A DNA stretch of 59,266 bases, counting the filler, from Dugesia japonica (taxonomy: Eukaryota): assembly GCA_001938525.1 (NCBI GenBank). It is 6 parts of 6 records of this genome, joined end to end, with 100 filler letters (N's around TTAATTAATTAA, not from the genome) between each part and the next. Parts side by side here need not be neighbours in the genome. Positions count along the whole stretch, not along the records: positions 48,307 to 59,266 come from MQRL01637103.1; 5 more parts are not named here. The stretch is one strand, 5' to 3'. Below the pieces are notes generated by a model, which ran no database searches, was not told the origin of the DNA, and worked only from the letters and a program-made list of their open reading frames with translations. The position numbers were made by a program, and so were the translations under genes. Every line of letters begins with the position of its first letter. The first letter of the stretch is position 1. This document shows positions 53,201 to 59,266 of this stretch, piece after piece.

Positions 53201-56200
53201 CATTAATTTATCATTATCATTTAAAATTTTCATCAATAATTTAAATCTCTCTTAAACAAAATATTTTAAAAATATGATCACCAATCACACAAAAATCTCA
53301 ACTTGCTTTTCAAAACACACTGACAATTATTGTAAAAAGAATTGTTCTAAATAAATGTTTTAAATTATCATGTTTTAAAAAAATCATATAAAATTATGTT
53401 GCAACAAATAAAATCGATTTTTAACTGGGAGTGAATGCACTCCAAGGAGAGCGAGAAAGCATTATTTGAAATTATCAATGAAAATTATAGACAGTAAGAG
53501 AAAGAAAATATTAACTTAGAACAACTGGCAAAAGCAGCATTTCAAGCGCTTTTACAATTAGCAACTACTTACTTCTGTGAAATCGGTTTTTTATCACTGT
53601 TTAAAGAAATAACTTGAAATGAATTTAACTTTTTAATAAAGATATTATGCAACGAAAACTTATTTTGAAGTCAAAAGAGATGTCCGCCTACTAAAAAGAT
53701 AAAGAACCACTGTTATAAATTAGTAAAAATAATCGCATAAAATTTATTAAACGTAAGGAGGCTTCACATCACTTTAGACCAGGGATGTCCAACCTGCGGC
53801 CCGCGGGCCGCATTGCGGCACACTCAATGTTTGAATGCGACCCACTATCGACTCATTAAATTTTTTTATTTTTTTAGCAAATTTATCAAGTAGTGAGCAC
53901 AAGAGTCTTCATGTAATTTAATCAAAATACTNNNNNNNNNNNNNNNNNNNNNNNNNNNNNNNNNNNNNNNNNNNNNNNNNNNNNNNNNNNNNNNNNNNNN
54001 NNNNNNNNNNNNNNNNNNNNNNNNNNNNNNNNNNATTTTTAAATTTTCTTTGTTGTTGAAATAAATACATTTTCAGTAAACTACGGCTCAGTATACCTAT
54101 TAATGGTTAATTTCTTTTTCAGTTTTGCGGCACAGTTAAATATTTAAGTTTGCAATGCAGCCCATTAAATTAAAAGGTTGGACATCCCTGCTTTAGACTT
54201 AAATTTATAATATAAAAGATTAATTTCCTGGTAAATAACAGAAACCCAGATGTCTATAAGGATTAGATATTCATAAAATTGAAGTTTATAATCAATTCAT
54301 TTAATATAAAAGCTTTGATCAAAATTTTGGTTTTTTTATTGATATTAGATAATAATTCGATATTTCGACCTTGTCTTCGTGGGGAATTGACTTTTAAAAA
54401 ATTGACTTTTATAAAAAGTCAATTCCTGACGAAGACAAGGTCGAAATATCGAATTGTTATCCAATATCAATAAAAAAACCAATATTTNNNNNNNNNNNNN
54501 NNNNNNNNNNNNNNNNNNNNNNNNNNNNNNNNNNNNNTATATTAAATGAATTCTATAAAACGATCAATGGTTATGTCCAACAATTATTCTCGCAATAATT
54601 GCAATTGTTTATATAGAATATCAAGAAAAGAAAAATATGATATGAAATTTTTAAATATAACAATAACTTAAAAAAATTCTATTTTTAGTAAAGAAAACAT
54701 CATCATGTGATTTAATAAATATTTTCAAGTAAAGATAGAATTTTTACTACGTAGTGTAACTAACTAGATTTTGGAATAATTACTAACCTAAAATAAGATA
54801 CAAATGAATGTTAAAATGGAATTTTGTTTACAAATACCGATACACGAAAGGTTATTTAAAATTTATAAATTAAAATCAAAGATTATATTACAAAACCTTT
54901 TGCGTAATCACTGTATGAGTTGTATATTACTTCTGAAATCGTAAAAATACCAAAAATATTGTGCTGAATAAAAAAAACAACAAGAAATCGAATACAGAGA
55001 AATAATTTCACCTTGGAGATAATAAAAGTAGCATTATTAAAATATTCCTAACAAGTACACTATGATAGGTTGAAACTGTCACAGAACTTATTGATCAACC
55101 TATTATGTGATTATTAGGGCAATTTTTAGACCTAAAAAAGTACGATTTTAGAACTTAAATTAAACCTAAAAAATATATTGAACTGTATTTACATTTAAGT
55201 TTAGCGTTCAAAAATAGATTTATTACCGAATATAAATATGGCCTAAAATACATTGTATTATTGTTATTAGAACAATCAATTACGACATTAAAACATTAAA
55301 ACAACAGTNATATAATGAATTTTATTGACTTATTTAGANCTAAAAACATTTTTTTAGACTATTTAGACCAGGGATCAGCAACGTGNACCCNCCGAAATTT
55401 TTATTTCAGAAATATGTCCGACTACTAAAAAAGGCTGCCGACCCATGCTCTAATGACAGTGAAACCCACTTCTACTGAAATCGTTAATTTTTCTTATCGA
55501 AACGTATAAATCGAAGTATTTCTCTGAACTAATCTCTACACATTGTTCAGAAGCTCCTCTAGCGTACAAAATTGCTATAAAGGCCCCATAATTACGATTT
55601 TGTTACTGTCCAGTCTTTTTTCAAAACTTTACGAGCTTCAGTGCACGANNNNNNNNNNNNNNNNNNNNNNNNNNNNNNNNNNNNNNNNNNNNNNNNNNAT
55701 AATGAATTTTATTGACTTATTTAGAGCTAAAAACATTTTTTTAGACTATTTAGACCAGGGATCAGCAACGTGCACCCACCGAAATTTTTATTTCAGAAAT
55801 ATGTCCGACTACTAAAAAAGGCTGCCAACCCATGCTCTAATGACAGTGAAACCCACTTCTACTGAATTCGTTAATTTTTCTTATCGAAACGTATAAATCG
55901 AAGTATTTCTCTGAACTAATCTCTACACATTGTTCGGGAGAAAAAAGGATGTCATCCCCTCAGAACCTCCTCTAGCGTACAAAATTGCTATAAAAGCCCC
56001 ATAATTACGATTTTGTTACTGTCCAGTTTTTTTTCAAAACTTTACGAGCTTCAGTGCACGATTTGATATATTCCATTATAGTTTCGTCGATTATCAGATT
56101 AAAAGCACTCTTTACAGTACCAAGTATAATATTTCATTTGGCATAGGAAGTTGGCCCCGATACGTCTTTGAATTTGGTATTACCGATAAATTTACGAGTA

Positions 56201-58300
56201 TTTCTACCATCTTTCACTGTTTTCCATAATGTCCCATCAGCAACGTTTTGTGTTGAAATTTCTTCATTATCAGATCCATCTGCAGTGTCTAATTCACTTT
56301 CCGTTTCAAAATCTGGAATATATCGTACTCGGTTTATGCCAGGAGTTATATAACGATCACTATCACAATCACTTGATTCACTTTCTGATAGAAAACAAGC
56401 TCTTCTTTTTCTCGGAGTTAGTAAATTGAGAAGTTTGAACATGAAAACTCTCGCATCAGAGTGTTTACAAAATTTTTTATGCTCAAGAAATAAGTTACAT
56501 ATGTAAAATGGCAAACTTTAAAAGTATTCAATGAGTCAAATCGACTCGCTCCGTCAATCCAGTGTCAAAGTGATCTACTGTTTCCGATTGACATCAGTAT
56601 TGACATTTGTTTGCACCTATTTGCGATGAAACTTGCAAAAATAAATTGTAGAATTTATTGATCATCATGAAAAGCCTCAGAATGTTGCGACCATCAGTTT
56701 CAAGAATAGTAATTCGACAGAAAAAATCTTGGAACATCTGAAAAGAAAGTTTGTCCAGGACGCCCACGCAATATTCATACAAAGCAATTCAAACTGAGTG
56801 CATCGAAATCTACAACTGAAGTGTCGTAAAATGACTGAAGAGCTTCGAAAAACTCGAATGACGATTCATCGAGTGCTGAAAAATGATCTTCGATTGAAGG
56901 TCAAACAAGCAACAAATTCGACAAGAGATTATCGATGAGAATAAGATAAATGCAAGCAGGCACGAGAAAGGTAGATTCTCTTCTAAGACGAGAAAATCTT
57001 CTCCATTTCTCAAAAGTTGAATAAGCAAAATGATAGAGTCTATGCCATTGCCATAAAGGTTTGTTGGGAAACAACAATCGGCGAATCAATCATGGTTTGG
57101 CTAGGAATTTGTGGGGATGAGAAAACTCACGCTATTTTGATACCTCAAGAAGCAAAACTCAATGCTTAATTAGTAAATAGATCCACACTGGGCCACCTCT
57201 CCACCCACCCTGCCATTGACCAATGAGATTGAGTTGAGCCGATTACTGTGTTATTAAGTATTAAACTGCATAAATTAATAGGCTACTTTGTATGTGATTT
57301 CGAATTTTGAAAATTATGTGTTACGTAATCGACTAAACTCAATCTCATTGGTCGCCGGCAGGGGAGGGCGAGAGGTTGCTTAGTGCGGACGTATCTACTT
57401 AAATCCTATCTGAGCTTCAATTTGGAGAAAGGAGTGAAGCTTTTTGTGTTTTAATTGCCATGATTTGCTTCGATTGTTCAAGTTTTAAACAATCTTACGC
57501 CGGCGTTCGTTCGTTCAAGCTGCAAATTTAATATTTTACTCTCATTATTGCAGACCATTATCGAATTTTTAGACTACTAATTTATTTCTGGCGGTTGATA
57601 TACTTAGCTAGTGAATATATTTACTGAATCAGATTCCATAATCGATTTTTAAACATAATGAATTAGATTATTTCGTTTATTTAAAATAGAAAACAAATAT
57701 TTCTTTATTAAAATATAAACAAAGTTTCATAATCTCCTAATTAAGAATTATTAAATCAATATCAGTAAGAAATTCAAAATTGAATAATATTTAAATTTTA
57801 TAAATTATTTTTTTCGTGAATATTTTGTCATTCTTATTTCTCATTGGATAATTTCATCATTTCAAACTATATTATTCTAGTTAATAACAATTAATTATTA
57901 TAATGAAAAGTATCAATTAGAAAAAAACAAATTTATTGGTATCTATTTTTGCAATCAAATTAGAATTTTACATTATTACAAGTTTGTTAAAAATTATAAA
58001 CTAACCTATATCAGTAACATAATTACTCGGAAACCATCCTGTGACTTGATCTAAAGTCCCTTCCCACCAGCCACCATCAATTTGTTGAGTAAGCGTAATA
58101 ACATCATTTTTATTGAAAGATAGCTAAATTACATTGGTCAAAAAATACTGTGTAAAAATGTAGAAACGTCATTTTATACAAAATATTAATTGACTTCATG
58201 AAAACGCTAAGATCTAAAATCCTGAACATCTTACTTCATCATTATGTCTTCGAATATAGTCAAATAAGGCAGTCACTTTTTTAATTTTATTATTTGCCAT
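50226..58300 (-). CDS. ARHGEF7: PIX/Cool-like Rho GEF, N-terminal exons: 58235-58300, 58006-58123 (SH3), 50369-50445, 50226-50323 (start of DH domain)
   Basis: GT-AG splicing with consistent phases gives [71 protein letters not shown]...[32 protein letters not shown]. The SH3 matches beta-PIX (DELSF.KGDVI...GGWWEGTL...GWFPSNYV) and is followed by a DH helix-1-like segment. Later exons not found before the linker. Confidence 0.78.
50960..52176 (-). mobile_element. Full-length decayed mariner element
   Basis: TIRs TTGGGTTGTCCGGAAAGTTCGTG / CACGAACTTTCCGAACAACCCAA with TA on both sides; ~1.2 kb; [11 protein letters not shown] and [10 protein letters not shown] motifs. Confidence 0.92.
52444..53408 (+). 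mobile_element. Internally deleted mariner element
   Basis: TIRs TTGGGTTGCAACATAATTTTA / TAAAATTATGTTGCAACAAA; HTH remnant RDICAVYGE...GTFNLQD...RPPKFDE. Confidence 0.8.
53430..53712 (+). mobile_element. hAT (Buster-like) 3' fragment
   Basis: [25 protein letters not shown]; ends in AGAACCACTG. Confidence 0.6.
53780..54190. mobile_element. Young hAT MITE
   Basis: Perfect TIR CAGGGATGTCCAACCT and perfect 8-bp TSD CTTTAGAC. Confidence 0.95.
54280..54608. mobile_element. Head-to-head inverted Penelope-like pseudo-LTRs
   Basis: ~54290-54400 is the reverse complement of ~54410-54555 (partly in a gap); each arm begins with a hammerhead motif. Confidence 0.75.
54420..54456 (+). ncRNA. Minimal type I hammerhead ribozyme (Penelope type)
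   Basis: CAATTC-CTGACGA-A-GAC-AAG-GTC-GAAA-TA-TC-GAATTG: intact core, 3-bp stem II, palindromic minimal stem III, perfect 6-bp stem I. Predicted cut after C54450. Confidence 0.75.
55756..55834. mobile_element. ~80-bp hAT-type MITE (duplicate at ~55368-55447)
   Basis: Ends CAGGGATCAGCAAC / GCTGCC(A/G)ACCCATG. Confidence 0.55.
55870..56564 (-). mobile_element. piggyBac 5' half relic
   Basis: Terminus TTGA|CACTGGATTGAC (decayed TTAA); acidic N-terminus; GPTSYAK...SAFNLIIDE...FIAILYARG...[15 protein letters not shown]. Confidence 0.8.
56590..57420 (+). mobile_element. Tc1/mariner (DD37D/maT-like) transposase relic interrupted by a MITE
   Basis: ILF.DEK.F...NKQNDRVY...[12 protein letters not shown]...KLNA|KSYL. 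Confidence 0.7.
57172..57399. mobile_element. 228-bp MITE with AGT termini, ~75-bp TIRs and inferred 6-bp TSD (candidate Maverick-derived)
   Basis: Left AGTAAATAGATCCACACTGGGCCACCTCTCC...GACCAATGAGATTGAGTT; right reverse complement AGTAGATACGTCCGCACTAAGCAACCTCTCG...GACCAATGAGATTGAGTT; flanks TTAATT / TAAATC. Confidence 0.75.
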
Positions 58301-59266
58301 ATTACATAAAATAGAATCAACTTAAATTGATTTCTTGAAATTTGAATTGATAAAATTAAAATCAAAAATTGAATTTAATAAATAATTTGTAATAATTTGC
58401 TTTTTAATAATATTTAAAGAATAATATTTTTATTGTTCTTTTGAAAGTTTTACATAATCTAAACACAATTTTAAAATTTTAAACAAATTGTAAATTATCA
58501 AATTTTCCTTTTAATATTTAAATCTAATATTTTTTACTTAGAGAGCACGCGCATTTAAATTAAAACCACTTTATGATATAATTATTTCTAATAAATAAAA
58601 AATAAATTGAATAATTCACCTCGAATTTCAAAAAGACTATAAATATGGGTATTTTGTACTTAAGAAAGAAATACAACAGAAACAAATATCAATAATAAGT
58701 TGAAAATAAAAACTTTTAAAACAATTAAATTGTTACTTGCTTCATTTGTTCAGAGATTGAGATTTAATGATACGTTGATCAATATAGCTAGTACTCTGAT
58801 TTTAAAATCTTTTCTAAATTAATGCATGAGACTAGTTGTTTGAATTTGAATGTCGTCAACGAATGATATTTTCTATGAAAGAATTTTTCACATTTATTAT
58901 AACACAGTTATTATTAACAAGACCTTATAAGAACCATCCATCCCAAAAGTGGTAATATTTTATTTTGAAATATTCTACTTGTTAGATTAAATTAAACTAT
59001 TGAGAAAATGAAATATTCTATATTAAAAATCCAAAATAATTATTTAGTTAAAATCTCTTATTGTTATCAGCTTAATTAGTTTCACAAATTTTTACAAGTT
59101 AAAACATTCTTTATATCTAGGCAAAAAAAGTTCAAAAACATATAGTTGTCTCATATAATTTTCCAAATCCTAAGTTTGAGGCTCTAAAAATTATTTTTAT
59201 GTAATTTTTCATTATAATTATAAATAATGCAAATTATTTCAAAATTATGAGTCATAAAATAACCGT

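Noticed and set aside
54900-54945. Possible extra micro-exon of the PIX-like gene ([12 protein letters not shown])
   Set aside because: Weak donor site and not needed for phase continuity.
55310-56060. Tandem duplication (55310-55648 vs 55699-56060)
   Set aside because: Near-identical copies flank an N gap; probably an unmerged overlap or two alleles.

Overview
Very AT-rich eukaryotic (animal-like) DNA with short (45-50 nt) spliceosomal introns. Five identical 100-nt gaps, each containing the six-frame-stop linker TTAATTAATTAA, split the window into six pieces of about 9-11 kb, so adjacency across the linkers cannot be trusted. Most of the sequence is decayed mobile DNA: hAT elements and MITEs, Tc1/mariner and piggyBac relics, Gypsy LTR retrotransposons, Penelope-like pseudo-LTRs, and two Maverick/Polinton (adintovirus-like) protein-primed PolB relics. 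Host genes that can be reconstructed by splicing are a cyclin-J-like gene (first 3 exons), a PIX/ARHGEF7-like gene (SH3 plus start of DH, 4 exons) and the 3' end of an unknown Ser/Asn-rich protein gene. Three observations stand out. (1) A shared Maverick-like terminus, AGTAG(G/A)TAGATA(G/T)T(G/A)GCGCA, is scattered across the window, and a 228-bp MITE has related AGT termini and an inferred 6-bp TSD, i.e. a candidate Maverick-mobilised miniature element. (2) An intronless BIR+RING inhibitor-of-apoptosis pseudogene lies on the inner side of one such terminus. (3) Head-to-head palindromic Penelope-type pLTRs carry minimal hammerhead ribozyme motifs, one with an intact core. All family assignments come from motifs I recognised by eye; no database search was run.
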